Positions 50,064 through 64,000 of a DNA stretch of 64,000 nucleotides are shown here, in pieces. The translations under genes were made by a program, and so were the position numbers. The first letter of the stretch is position 1, and each line of letters starts with the position of its first letter. Source of the DNA: Tubiluchus corallicola (taxonomy: Eukaryota > Animalia > Priapulida); the NCBI GenBank assembly GCA_030141605.1, contig JAQGDQ010000233.1:186001-250000 (forward strand), given 5' to 3'. The notes beneath the pieces are model-generated. The model made no database searches. It was not told where the DNA came from and saw only the letters and a list, made by a program, of their open reading frames with translations.

Positions 50064-53000
50064 TTACAGTTCAGTACTCATCCTATTCGTAAGATCATTA
50101 ATTCGCGTAGCATTGCACTGTCTGCACAAGACATGATCGTCTAGGGGATAGCAACCACGTCCATCTGCCTGAGAAGACAGCAGTGTGCCACAGTCCTGTA
50201 ACAAAATTTTCATTTGACAAAAGAAAATTACAGTTTGTTACGTTATTAAATGTACTTGACATCACATGTCATACATTTGGAGAAAGACACCAAATGTGTT
50301 TGCATAAGCTGTATCACAAATTGTCCGCTCATTATGGTGTTACAACAGGTAACAGCATGACAAGACTGGCATTGATCTAGATTCATTTAAAAGTAAAGCT
50401 TTCGTAAATAACTGATAGGTTGGAAGTTTTTCACACAGGTAAAATAGTCGTATATTAGACTGCACACTCCCACCACAAAGGAATGGTCCTGCACTAATGT
50501 ATAACTCAAAATAACCATGTTTATAAACTAAAAGGCTAAGCTAAGTCAAATCAAATTAAACAAAAGTTCTAATAAATTAGACTATAATAAGCAGTATAAT
50601 TTATGGTGAATGCATTGAAAAACACGGAATGCATTTTACCTCACAACGATAACAATCCACATGGAAGCTCTTATCCAAGGCCACAATTCTAACTGTTTCC
50701 TCTTGTCCACTTTCAGGCATTATAGGCTGATGGCACATTGCACAGCGTGGAGCAAACTTCCTACATAACAAACCAAATTCTCCAATAGTTTCAAACTATG
50801 TATTACATAAATTGTGCTAGATTGCAGTTCTGCATTACGTAACTATGCAAAGAGGCAGTTTAACATGACAAAAAATGCTGCATAGTGTATATACACAGCA
50901 AAATACCTTAAGTAACGAATTCGGTCACAGTTAAGAAAATCTCTGAACAAGAAATCTTTTCGGGGAATAAAGTTGTTGTTTCATGTCATTGATGTCACCC
51001 TTGTCCTGGTTTCATTCTTCTTATAAATAAAGCAAGTCTAGTTTTGCATTTTTCAAGCAGCATTTATTTGCTGTACAAATTCCTTAGATTCTTAGAACAA
51101 ATTCATACCTGATCAAAAAGATGGTTAATTGACCATCTCATCATAACCTAATGTACTGAAATTTCATCAGGACATGTTTAACAGTTTTAAGACAATGTTC
51201 ATAAGAATATAACATTTTATTGTCACTGGTATTCAAGCAATCAGTGGCATACCACATCAATATGATATGAATGACGGCAAGATGAAAGACAGGAATGACT
51301 GGCAAATATACAAGTTATAAATGTCTGAAATAGCCATAATATAAGCAGCAAACAGACTTGTCAACAGTATCAATATGTCACTGTCCCCCATCGATTCATG
51401 ATAAAAGCAACGTTAGCCTCATAAAATATTTTTTTATACAGTTGCATTGTAAGCTGGACTCCAACATCAAGTGGCAGGGCCTCATGCTTGAACAGTTGTT
51501 ATGGAATTTGAATCTCAATAAATATCTTCCAGGCAGAGATCCTGAATTGGCAGGTGTCTTAATAACGCTGAGATGCATATATATCCTCCCTTAACAATAG
51601 AAATCATCAGTAGCAATATCCCTAAAGTCATCTATCCATTTACCAACCAGCGTCTAGCCTCCGTGCCCTTACCTTTCCTAGTTTCCTAATAACCACTCTG
51701 CTTGGTTATACAGCAAAACCATCACAATGGAATTAACGAGTGTCTTGCCTTATCATTTGTTAATGACAAACTTACAAAATTCTAACTGTTTATCAAATTC
51801 TAAAATGCTTACGTCCGTTTTATTTTTCTACTGGATGGGAAATGACTTTTGAAAAAAATACGTTGAAAAAAAATTTGAAGTTATTATTACTTACAGCAAT
51901 TAGACCTGATCACATCTGCATCATAAATCATTGTATAAGTCTGTTTAATTAGTTGCACAGAAAAACGGATAATGTATTTCACTAAATGCTTTAATCGAGT
52001 GCTCACATAATCACAACATTTCTGCAAGCGAAATCAATAAGCTAAATGCACATCCAAAAATTTTTGCTGATATACAATCAAATCTAGTTAAGATCTTACA
52101 TAAAATTTTCCAACTAGAGTTTTGATACCTATGAAAGTCTTCTATACAATGTATTTGATTAGTGGCATCTACAGTAAAGGGGATTCCGTCTAAACTCTTT
52201 CCACACACAACACACGTGAAACAGCTGGGATGGTATGGCTTGCCAGTGGCCCTCAAGATTCTGTCCATTATTGGCTTAGAACACACTGAGCACTTCTCCA
52301 ATGTATTCTGCAATAAAGATAATCTTTTCTAATATAAGATAATCATCGCAATGCAAAAGACAGTCTGGAAAACATGCAAGGAAGACAAACAAATATAAGT
52401 AATCAATAGGCTTTCTGTTTAGCTAATGACTTTGCGCAATAAGACTTTCATATTGACACTGTAGCCATTAATAGTAAATGTGTAACCACTAAATTGATTT
52501 CAATAAATAAAATCTACTATTTAAAATCACTAAGACGAACAGCATAAGTTTCACATCATGTTACAATATGCATTATAAAATTTATTCAACGCACAACTCA
52601 AACATATTCAGTGTGAATGAGTGATACTTTTCCAATAGCCCATATTCGAAAATCAAATAATAGTCCACTCACAAAATAATCCTCCTCACAGTATGGTTTT
52701 CCTTCCACTGCATAAAATGGAACACCTCTAAGTTGCCGTGCTGTAAGTATATAAAATTATGAACAATTCATGCTTTGGTGCTATTGCACGTACACATTCT
52801 AGGCAATTGCATCTTTTTTCACTTGAATTTAATATGTTAAGCTGCAGTATATGGATTATTTGAATTTTGCCATGCTGTATATGCTTTAGTAAGAAAAATA
52901 TACTTTCTCTTGCTTCTTGTGCTATTAGTAACATTATATAACACGCTTTACAAAAAATTGATCTAACTCATAAAATCGAATTATGAACAAGCATAACTCT

Positions 53001-56000
53001 TAAAACATATGAAAGATAAGCTTTAACTTAAAAATGTGCGTTAGTCTGACATGTAAGCAGTAATCAAGAGGCTAATAAAATAATAAATGAATTATATAAA
53101 ATAAAAGCATTTCACTTTGCCACTTCAGCGTCTCATATCAAAGGATTATCCAAGACACTGAGCTAATTTCCGGTCCCATTACAACAGCAGGTATAAAAGA
53201 GCACCCTTCTTAATGAGCATTTAATCACAGTGTGCAAAGTGTGAACTGAAAACAAAACAAAATAATTTCCTTGTAACTGTATGACACACATTTTACTATA
53301 GTTTAATAAGAGTACCAACGCACCACATATGCAACAAACAAAGCATTCAATGTGAAACATTTGATCCATTGCAGAACAGCCACCATCTCCAACTATCTGT
53401 TTCTGACATTTGGCACAAGAACCTGAAAAAAACCAATATAAGCCTACAGTCACATTATTTTATGAAACTGTGGCTTACTGTCAACTATTTTTATATGCAA
53501 CATCACTAAAGCAAATTATAAACAAGTGTTAGAATAAGTAGCACATCAATCCATATTTCCTTTATATACTATATGCAACTATACTACTGTATGCTACTAT
53601 GTGTAACTGCATTACAGGGTTGTTATTGAAACGAAAATTTCAAATCAATATTGCTAGCCATAAAGATGAAAACTGATTTTAAAACAGAAAGTGTCTTTTG
53701 AAAACTGATCAGCTACAACAAAAAATGAGAATTTTAAGAAAATTGTAGGCATTTTAAAAACGCTACATGACCTGTGTCAAAGCAAATTAGTACGGCAGCA
53801 CAAAGTAAACTGGTGCAACTTTGCAACTGTAAGCACTTAAATGATAAAATTGCAAATCTATGCAGTGACAGCATAAAAACACAAATTTTTAAGGAAACAA
53901 ATCAAATTACTGAGGCCACATTACAAGGACATAAAAGATGCTACCCACAGTTAAAACGTTTTTTATTTGATTGGGAAAGGATGTCGTCTCCTGTATCTGT
54001 TGACTGACTGTACAGTATACATAACAAGCATGCGAAGACGTGGTTGACGATTTTCAGTACCATCTACAATTATTTAAGCAAGACAATAAGACTCTCTTTT
54101 ATTAATATAAATTATGTAGACTCACATAGAATTAAATATAATATTAAGGAACTTTAGTTATTTTTTGGCAAGATATTTCTAATAACTATATGTTATTCTG
54201 TATTTTTTATGACAATAATCAGCCAAAAATTCAGACACCAATACATAGTAATTATCGAAAAACCCAAACCGAATTCGGTACCTTAAAGCAAAAGCCAAGT
54301 CTTTTGGGAAGTCAAGTTTATTTTAATATGTATGAAAAATGTTAGAAAATTTCAGCAGTAAAACTGTGATAAGCGCCTTGTGTAATCAACAAAATCAATT
54401 TAAAGCCATGATCACTTCAAGCTTGGGCGCGCTCATTTTGAATAAAAAATGATGTCATTTTGCTAACAGTGCAATATAAAAACACTTATCGCAGGCACTT
54501 GAGCAAACTTTTTTGCAGCAGCAGTTATTATTATCAACTATAAAGAATCCTAAACATTAAACAAGAGATTATTAATGCTGTTTTTGCTTTTTGATGAATT
54601 CCATTGCCCACTATGTAATGTAAACCAGTTACTGATGATAATATAATCTCCAATTAGGTTAGTTGAAGTCGACAAAGCAACAAAATAATTATTTTAACAA
54701 GCCAAAACTGAACTCTATAAGCTGAGTAGACCGCCTGGCACTTTTTGTGTGCTCACAGGCTCACAGACTATCATGCTTATCTGTAATTATAATATGTACA
54801 GTACTTATACATTTTAAGGTATAAACCTCTGGATTAAAGCTATGCTAGCACTTAAAAAGTTAATGCTAATTTTTCTGACGACTAATATATACATAAACAC
54901 AGTTAAACACAAAGATTTAATCAGGTAGTGTTACAGAAACACAGTGTTTACATAAACACAGTTAGAAAGATTTAGTCAGCTCAGAATTTCTGAGCGAACT
55001 GAAGAAGCTTTGTTACACGTGCCTTCGTGCTGTCCACCAGCTTACATCATTTTTTTTCAAATATGCCTGCACCGAGGTTCATTTGGTGGGAGATAAGAAT
55101 GATTAAAATTTCTTTTGCCTTTGTAAGCACAGCATTTTATGTGCCTATGTTACTTGGTAATTTCAATATTTTAAAACTTTTACGAACATTATTTGGCAAT
55201 TTGACCCAGATCGAGACAGGTTTGTCATGCTCATGCACCACATACTAATTTATCACATATTTCAGAAAGAATTTTCTGAAAACATACAAGTGTGTTTATT
55301 TGGACTCAGAATACCAAATTACATTATTATTTAGTAAAGTTCTATTTAGGAACAACAACAAAAACAACATTAAAGATATTGATTATTTACGCTTCTTATT
55401 TTTCAGAGCAGTATTGTACGTAAAATCTCGCCAACTTGCTGACAGTAATTTTGCTGAGAGTGAATTTTGCTGAGAAACAGCTCGCACTTACTGTGGGAGA
55501 GTAACTCGGAGCAAATTTTGCTCTCTAGCCCGAACATGCTTGCGAGTTACTTGGGAGTAACTTGGTGAGAAACTCGCAGCTGTGAATGCGTTGTTAGCCA
55601 TACCTCGAGGAAAGCTGGCAAATACATCCGGGTTGGCACGAGAATCCATACTCTGCACAAGCAAATTGGTCAAGGCATCTACTTCGGCCTCTGGCTTGCC
55701 TCCCTTTGGCATACTCGGAGACTGTGGTGGAGGAGAGCTTGCATAAGTAAGCTGCTGCTGTTGCTGAGAAGGAGATACATAAGGCTGTGGGTAACCCCTT
55801 TTTTTCACTGAATAAAAACAAAATTGATTAACAATTAGCCATTAAGTGTCATTATTAATTAAGCACTTTATGCACTTTCAGACTTCACAACTACGTTTTC
55901 AGTTCATTACAGTATGTCCTCATTTAACAACTGCCCTTTCTGACAGACAATGAAATTTTGTCAGCAAATTTCCTCACTTAGTAACGTATTAGAAGCTGGA

Positions 56001-59000
56001 CTGCCGATTTATGTTTCAAATTTTTGATTTAACAATAGCTTATTCTGTACCTTAAATTACATTACATGCAATTTTACGCAAGTGGCAAAACTATTGCACT
56101 AACACTGCAACAAAAAGTCACTTCTACCACAAAAATTTAATGTTTAATAAAAAAAGTAATGTATAAATATAAACAAGCAGCTGGTAAAAGTTTAACATTT
56201 CCATTTTTCAATCAACACCGAGAAGCCATTAATATGGCATTCCCAGAGTAAATGAAGATGTGGCTTCATCTAATGACAATTTGCTTAACATAGCATTAGT
56301 CGGAATAAACTAGTGTGGCTAAACAATGACTTATTGTATGCATAGATTAATAATAAAAAATTGTATAAAATGGATTACAGCAGTTATCGACTTATGACCG
56401 GTATTAGCGGATTGGTCATAAGACGAACTGGGCGCAAGTTGGACCAATATGTCAAGTGGTGTGGGCTTACATGTTGCACGTGGAGTGTGTACGGCTGTAT
56501 GTGCACCAAGTAAGATGGCACTTTCGAATGAAACTATTGAAAGCGATAGTGATTTAAAATTAATTTACTTAAAAACAGACGAAAATATATAAGTTACTAT
56601 TACTTTTGTATTATTAATTAATTACGTTGTGTTTGGGTCGTAAAGTCAAATAGCTGTAACTTGATAATTACCTGTACCCATATTTCTGTGAACAGTATAA
56701 GTTTATGTCAATTAGCAATGATTTCAGCTTGTCGTTGTCATGCAATTTCGGTCTTATCAGTACGTAGCTAATGCTTTTTGCAGCAAATTAACACATGCTG
56801 TTAAGCAAACAGAAACATAAAAAAATACACTGGTAAAGGTTCAGCCATAATCAATGGTTATGGGTGTTCTCAAAAACGGGGGGGGGGGTAATAAATTTAC
56901 TGAATTCTTAGCACAGCCTTCAAGTTTTAATCATTAAAAGATGGTCGAAAAATAAAACAAAAGCCTTAGTAAAATTATAGCAAGAATACCGGTTACTGTA
57001 GAAGACGCCTGTGGTGAAGGTGAACGTCCATACGCAGGCCCAGAATATCCAATTTGCTGGATGGTGGTTGGAGACGGTGGAAGGGGGAAGTCATCATGTG
57101 GAGGAGGTGGATAAGAATCGGGGGAGTAGTTGTGGAAGGTGTGTGTTGGGGGCGGTGGTGGAAGATCATCATCAGAGTCATGAGAATACCGCACAGTTCT
57201 ATGTGAACTAGAGGTAGTTTGACCTCCTGACCCTAAAACGAAAATAAGTTCTTAAAAGTTCCATAAAGCAAAAGCTGTACATTCATAATGCAGCTTAAAT
57301 GATAAATCAAGGGAGACATTCAATAATTGCTTATATTTATTTGATTTCATGATTTTATTGCTCCTGTACTTGTTTTGTTCTGTTTATTCATATAGTTATC
57401 GTTATTTCATTTGTTTACAATTTTTCATTTAGTCATTCATTCATCGATTATAATACATTTGATAAAAATTGTTCAAAAAACTGCAACATCTTCTTATTTG
57501 TCAATCTCTACCAGCAGTCACCTCAACAAAGCCAAATACTACTCAAGGTAAGTGCCACAGCTGACAGTCTGACATTTGTACAGTTTGCTAAAATTATAAG
57601 TGAAATTTACAACTTCAATTTAGGATTGGGAGCAGTACCCATGGCAATTTTTAATGAATAAATGATTCACTCATTAAATGAATGAATGGGTGGTTGTATG
57701 AAAGACAGCAAACAAACAAAAGATAATAAATAAATGAATAAACAGAAGCAGAACGAAAAATCAGCTGCATTCCAAAGAGGTTTTGTAATAGTGGATATGA
57801 AAAAGCCCTAACTTTGTGAGCAGATTAGGCTTAAAGCATGGAAAACAAAAAAAAACACATAAGTCTATAATGTCTGGATTTACTTGATACTGAATGAGAT
57901 GCTTACAACTGGTCCAGCACAGTTTTCTTCATATATATAAAGGGGCAGAGAAACAGATAAAAAAGAGAAAGAGAGAATTAAAGGGATAGCAAAAAACTCC
58001 ATTCATGATCGAATTAAAATGAACTTGCAAGAGTAGCGAACAGGGACACGAAAGTCAATGCGAGTTTCTCTCGCCTTTTTTACTAGGCTAGTTTCTTAGA
58101 TTTTTAATAAGTAAATAATTTGTATTGGGAATTTATAATAAATTACTCAATACAAAACAGTAAAATTTACATTTGGATGGTAGTGATTGGGCTACGCCTT
58201 GATTTTACTAATCAAATGTGTAAAAACATATCAGTTAAATACTGCCAATATTCTTTATATCAGGATTTATTAGAACCTGAATTACCAGTGCTTAATCCAA
58301 TAACTCTATATTATCTCTATGCTAAATCTATGTTTTACAGAAGACTATGTTTTATAAGAAATAATCAGGAAACATCAATGTGTTGAGACAGAATATTCCT
58401 GTGTTTTATTAGCAGAAATTACACACTCGGATCCAAATTTTGTAATCTAATAAATCCTTAAGAGCACACCATAACGTAAGCACCTGTTTGCTCAAACGAC
58501 ATTACAGCACCAAAAATCAACACGAAGAGAAACGGTTCAGAGTTTATCACCAAACACTTGCTGCCATAATTTAACTGGAACCAACGGATTCACCATCGAA
58601 ACCGGTTGGTTGGGAAAAATTCATTTATTTACAAAAGAAAGTCTTGTCAATCAGCACCAGACATTTAACAGGCCCAGACTTTAACCAGTACAGGCATAAA
58701 TCTATCAAAAACAATGTTTATAAAATATGCAAGGAATATTGCAAAATCCAATGTGTCTGCGTGTTTATGTTATACTGTATACAAAAACTATTTTAGATAA
58801 TTTCACTTTTGCATGTCAACAAACGTTCTGTTAAACATAAAAATTCAGTAAATCTTAATTGTAAGATTGCTAAAGAAACGGTCAATCAATTAAATAGGTA
58901 AAAATCTCTTTTTTGGTACTTCACAATTGTTTTTATTTACAAATTTTCTAATTTTATGATAAATGAAACATCTATCTAAAGTTTTTACGCACCCAGCAAA

Positions 59001-61233
59001 TTGTCATATCTCACAGTCAGATATCTACAGTTACAGTAACATTTCTATAATCAAAAATATACAGGCCAAACCAGTGCAATTCTTCAAAATGTATACATTT
59101 TGACATTACACATCATTTATATCTAAATAAACTGATGGAAAACTAATTAGACTAAATCAAAAATGAAATCATTATAAAATATTGGCTATTCAGTGCATAG
59201 TATAAATATGATAAATATGATAGTGAACTCAATTAATGATAATAAAATACATATCATGTATAGATCTTTAATGTGTTGCCTTAAAAAATGTCTTACTAAC
59301 TTTGCTCAAAATTGGATTAAACCCTCAAGCACCCCCTTGTTCCGTTCTTTTCACATTCCAATGCTTTGTTTATCTATTGGGAAGTTGTAAATGCTAACGT
59401 ACACAACATCCATTCTATTAGCATCATTTTGTGGTGCTCATATTTGCGAGGTTCATAAAACAGGGTTTGTTTTCTAAGGAAGTACGTAATCTACCCTCCA
59501 GATGATCTACATAGGACGTCTGTTCTGCCTGCTCCCCCAAAATAGCAGTGTGCTTCAATTTAGGTTGGTTAGTGAGTATGGTTATGTTTTCTCTGGCAGT
59601 TTAATCTACAGGCAGATGGAGAACAGAGGTTAATATGCTCCTCGTGGTAACATTATCGGGAACTCTACAAGGCTTTCCTCTAAAAATCAACCTCTCTTAA
59701 AACAGCTAATGAAAAAATCACATGGCAGGAACGTTAAACAGATTCCCTAAGCCTACAAAAGAAAACTTGAAATTCAAAAAAAGTAAGCAAACTTGCTAAG
59801 ATAATGCTGTAGGCATATATTTAATTTTCTGTCTGTATTGCAAAACATGAACACACTCCATAAAATTAAACAAGTATTACCATCATTATTATTACTTGTA
59901 GCTACAACACTAATATTACAGTTTTGATGATTTTCCATCTTACATCAAAAAATCTTTCACTATATGCAGAACTGCAGGATACACAAAAATTCGCTGACTA
60001 AATACTACTGTTCTGCCTATTTTCGTGGCTTTAAAGATATCCATTAGCTGTTCCAAAAAGTCCAGCTGTTTAAATAGGGTGTTTACAAAGATCAGTTTTC
60101 TCTGACTAGGTCAAATGACAGCAAGCCATATCAGCTTAACTATAAAGTACACGTTTCTCGAATGTCAACAAACAAACTGTGAGACTGTAAAATCCACAGA
60201 ACATGTCAAAAATTCCTGACAGCAAGCATGGCATTTGACATTTAAAAAAACTAATTAAAAGATATTCACAGTATTTTGTGTTTACTGGCAATTGTTTATG
60301 CCATTATTTACTTACTGTTGATACAAATAAATTATTAACAAATTAGCAATGACCTACAAAAAAAATTGGGCATAACTACGATGAAATTGCAATTATTTTT
60401 GTTATCAATAACTTGCAAACATTCCACATAGTAGTAAATATTTATTTGCCAGTTAATCATTTTGTCAATTTGTAGCAGGTGACTAAACAAAACAACAGGC
60501 AGAATAATATTTAGTTAAGTGCTACAAATTGAGAATGTGATTAGCTTGCAGTTGCAGTTAATGAGTATCTATTATGTTTTATATTTTAAATGATGATGTC
60601 ACTGCTATATCTAACAAGTGAAGCATCATTTTATGCAACAGACAACAGAATTGCTATATGTAATACATATGTAATAATATCAAACTGTATAACAGAATTA
60701 TACTGAAAGGAACTTTAGAGAATAAAGTACACTTCCAATTTTAGTTGCTATATGTGACAGCCAGACATCTATAAAAGACAGCAAATAGTTGCAATGTGCA
60801 CAGTCAAACATGAATGTACCATTCTCTGCTTGACAAATTATCTGTGCTTACTGTGTTGAATGACAGAGTGAATAATGTAGTACTAAACAAATACATAAAA
60901 AATCCAACTAAGCACGACGACCTTGTACATTGCAAACTTTAACTGTATACTTCGTTCTATTGCCAAACAGTACTGCCAAATAGCAGTATGCAGTTTGTTT
61001 AACCGAAAACCTAGAAGAGTTTAGGAACTCAATGTAAACATACCTTTATAGCTCTGGCTAGCAGTGTGAATAGTAACAGAAGAACTATGTGGAGAATATT
61101 TAGGTTTTGGTGGCACAACTGGACCAACTTTCTTTGTCCCATACGTCTGCTGACCACTTGAAGATGGGCGGCTGCCAGAGGACACTTCGAGTTGACCAAA
61201 CTGACGTTCTAATCGCTGTTGAGTTGTTGACAT
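50064..61233 (-). CDS. LPP: LPP/zyxin/TRIP6-family LIM protein (proline-rich region, NES, 3 LIM domains, C-terminal STEL), ~411 aa
   Basis: Exons 61233-61044, 57232-56990, 55807-55604, 53422-53324, 52740-52673, 52307-52129, 50760-50640, 50195-50064; GT-AG with consistent phases (1236 nt). Motifs: [67 protein letters not shown]...[39 protein letters not shown]. Extra N-terminal exons cannot be excluded. Confidence 0.94.
56471..56494 (-). CDS. Candidate 24-nt frame-preserving microexon of LPP
   Basis: Minus strand tcttacttggtgcacatacag|CCGTACACACTCCACGTGCAACAT|gtaagc, inside a phase-1 intron; open in the required frame (AVHTPRAT). Confidence 0.45.
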
Positions 61234-61400
61234 TTTTCTATTTTTCTAAAATGAGGAGGAGTCATGCATTACATTAAACAGCGAAAAAACACTTTTTAAT
61301 TACAATTTCAGTAGGTCACCAAAGTCAAGATTTCATAATAAAAAGTTGTAGATGCGAAAAGACAAAATAAATCCAGCATTAACTGACAAGTTCTAAACTC

Positions 61401-62206
61401 TAGTGATGCAATGAATCCACTTTTCGCGAATTCATACCGGACCCGGATCACAACAGCCAAACAAAGATTGAATGCAGTACCATCTACCGAATCTGGACAT
61501 TACTAAATCCAGATTTTGTAGTCATTTTATTTGGATTTGCTAATTCTGGGACACTGCCACTACATAGGTACAATTTTTTTTTGCAGTTTGTCTAACCAAA
61601 AATGCAAAACATTAAACCATTTATAAACCATGTGCGTATCATGACTCAGTGTAAGTGTTTGCTCACAAATTCCAAAAAAGTATTCTTTCATTCTTAGAAA
61701 GTCTTAATTTTTATGAACTTAATTTAGCTAAAATTAATTGAAATTCACACACCACACTTTGTTTGGCAGCCACATTCACAATGAGAAAACATGTGACCCA
61801 GCAATCATTACCATAAAAAGATTTCACTGATTTGCTTGCCAGTGAAATCTGATAAAGGCCTATTATAAGAGATATCAAAATATCCAAAAACATTCTGCAG
61901 ATGTCATAAGACCAGTACTTAGTAAGCGGGAGAATTCTTAAATTTAGCTTCTTAAAATTATACATACCTAGTAATAGTTATATTACTATTTAATTCTCCC
62001 CCTTGCATAATAATTTTTCTGCATTATTGTGCAACAGAGTAAAATGCAATCATGGAGACAAAACACAGTCAAATGGTCTGTGTAATGTTATTAGGTCCAT
62101 GTTACAGTCGAATGGCTGATCGAATCTGCCAAATATCATTTACCAAATCCGGGATGCTTAAATCCAACCGAATATCATATCCCAAATCAGATCTGGTGCA
62201 TCACTA
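61401..62206. mobile_element. Non-autonomous hAT-type element
   Basis: Perfect 10-bp TIRs TAGTGATGCA / TGCATCACTA, subterminal ccgaat/atccgg repeats, and a degenerate 8-bp TSD (ctaaactc / ctagacac, 6/8). Confidence 0.75.
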
Positions 62207-64000
62207 CTAGACACCAAATTATTTAAAAGTTACACTCTAACTAATTAATAATTAAGTTCAATTTCAGTCTTGGTACATATTTTTTTCCCATAATCAAATT
62301 CAATCCTAGTTCTTTTTCCCACATTGTATCTTTCATTCATGATGGTTACATTTCGGTCACCAACACTGAAACTAAACTTAAAAATAAAAATTTATCTATG
62401 AAAAGATAATGCACTTGGTTGCACACATAACAATTATCATCGCACTAACTCCACAAGTGAGTAGGCCTAATTCTGCAGCATCACTTTAATTACTGGATAC
62501 AGTTTCATCACAACAAACGAATAGGAAAGGAATGTTAGTATGCTAAAAATGACCACTAATGCATGGCAGGCATTAGTATTTATCCCCACCAAGCACAAAT
62601 TTGAGTGAATACATCAATAGGTAAACATATTAAATCGCAAGTATTAATTTTGCACAACTAATTGTTCCACAGATGAATGGCACACAAAGTAAATTTGGCA
62701 GATGAAAAACTTCAAGAATTGTAGCTAACAGTGCAAAAATTTATAAAAACACATAAAAAGCACAAAATAAAAACGAGAAACCTAAACTATTAGTACAATG
62801 TATGGCAACATTAAAAAATATCTCCATCGCAGCTGCTGGTTGGACCAGAAAACAGAATTAATTTAATAAATTGTAAAGCTTAAAAAAATTATCTTAGGCC
62901 TAAATACAGGTCTTATTGCATACACATCTAATATTAACAGTAACACTGTATAATGCTTGTAAATTTAAAAAACCATGCTGGGTGTCTGAAGTTAGATCAT
63001 CTGAAGAACACGCTTCATATACTAAGCAATGATATAAAAGAACTTATCTTTTGATGAACCATGGTGCAAACTGGGATGGAGAAACAGTGAGGTTTTACAA
63101 ATTGATGCAAATTTTGCTCATTAGTTACATATGTCTTTCAAACAGGAAAGCACAATGCTAACTAAAATAATTTTGTTAAGGAAAATTTTTGGGGACATAC
63201 TTTAAAATCCCCCTTTAGCACAACAATGACTGATTGGTGTGTTTGACATATTTGCAAATACAAATTTCAAGGCTATGCAGTTATACAGTGCCCCTTAAAT
63301 TTCAAAAATTAATAAAACATTGCATTATTCAATGCTACTCTAAAGTTAATGTACCAAAGAAATTCTGCAATGATACTGCACAGTGTGTATGTTGACCATT
63401 GAAAGTTTACCCAAAGGCTCTGGTATGTATGAATAATCACCTTAATGTGTACGCCTAATAAATAATTTGAATAAATTTAATTATCAATTAAGTTCAATTT
63501 GTCAACATCCCCATGTAGCACTTGTGCCCCATTGCCTTGCGCCGCCGCATTGCATACTGAATGCAGTATACAGCAGGCTGGTACCAGGTACACAGGGAGG
63601 CAACACACAGTGATGTTGCACACAGCAAGGCGGTATGTACATTGCATCACGGCACATGTAGAGGCAGTATACACAGACATCAAGCGAGTGCGAGGGTCCC
63701 GCGTTCTGTATAATCACGATTTACCGGCTGCAGTGGTTTAGGTTTAATGGGCTTAATCACATACGTATAGCTGACTAGATGACCAATTGGTCTTTTGCTA
63801 CCCTTTCTCCTGCACTCTCCTAACTCTTTTCTTTATGCATAGCTTATGCTGATTAATTAATAATTACAGCAATTATGGTATATTTGTATTCTGGTGTAAA
63901 TGAGGAAATAAATAAAAACGTCTGTATCTATGATTATACCGTACGTCTACGTATAACTATAAACGTAACGACGTATGATCATTATACAAAAAAATACGGT

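Noticed and set aside
55488-55603. Extension of the LPP exon ORF with a strong downstream gtaagt donor
   Set aside because: That donor is phase 2 whereas the next exon needs phase 1, and the sequence consists of TE-like short repeats (gagttactc, ctcagcaaaatt).

Overview
AT-rich, intron-containing invertebrate (bilaterian) genomic DNA. It carries four spliced protein-coding genes, reconstructed by hand from GT-AG sites and codon phases. (1) The 3' half of a cholecystokinin/sulfakinin-type GPCR (+, 7663-9917). (2) A complete 10-coding-exon SLC36/PAT proton-coupled amino-acid transporter (-, 23664-13163, 481 aa). (3) A synaptobrevin/VAMP1-3-type R-SNARE (+, ~31765-44812, 99 aa). (4) An LPP/zyxin-family triple-LIM protein (-, 61233-50064, ~411 aa). 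Introns and intergenic DNA hold degraded LINEs (L2/CR1, RTE-X-like), a Sola-like transposase relic, foldback, hAT and Helitron-like non-autonomous elements, and local duplications. The most notable observation is in the VAMP gene: two tandem, same-length (79 nt), same-phase exons each encode the central SNARE helix including the zero-layer Arg. This is an apparent mutually exclusive exon pair, flanked by an Rbfox UGCAUG and a cluster of STAR/QKI CUAAC motifs. Also notable are a candidate 24-nt microexon in LPP and a splice-switchable start-stop uORF in the transporter. All gene models are sequence-only inferences without transcript data.
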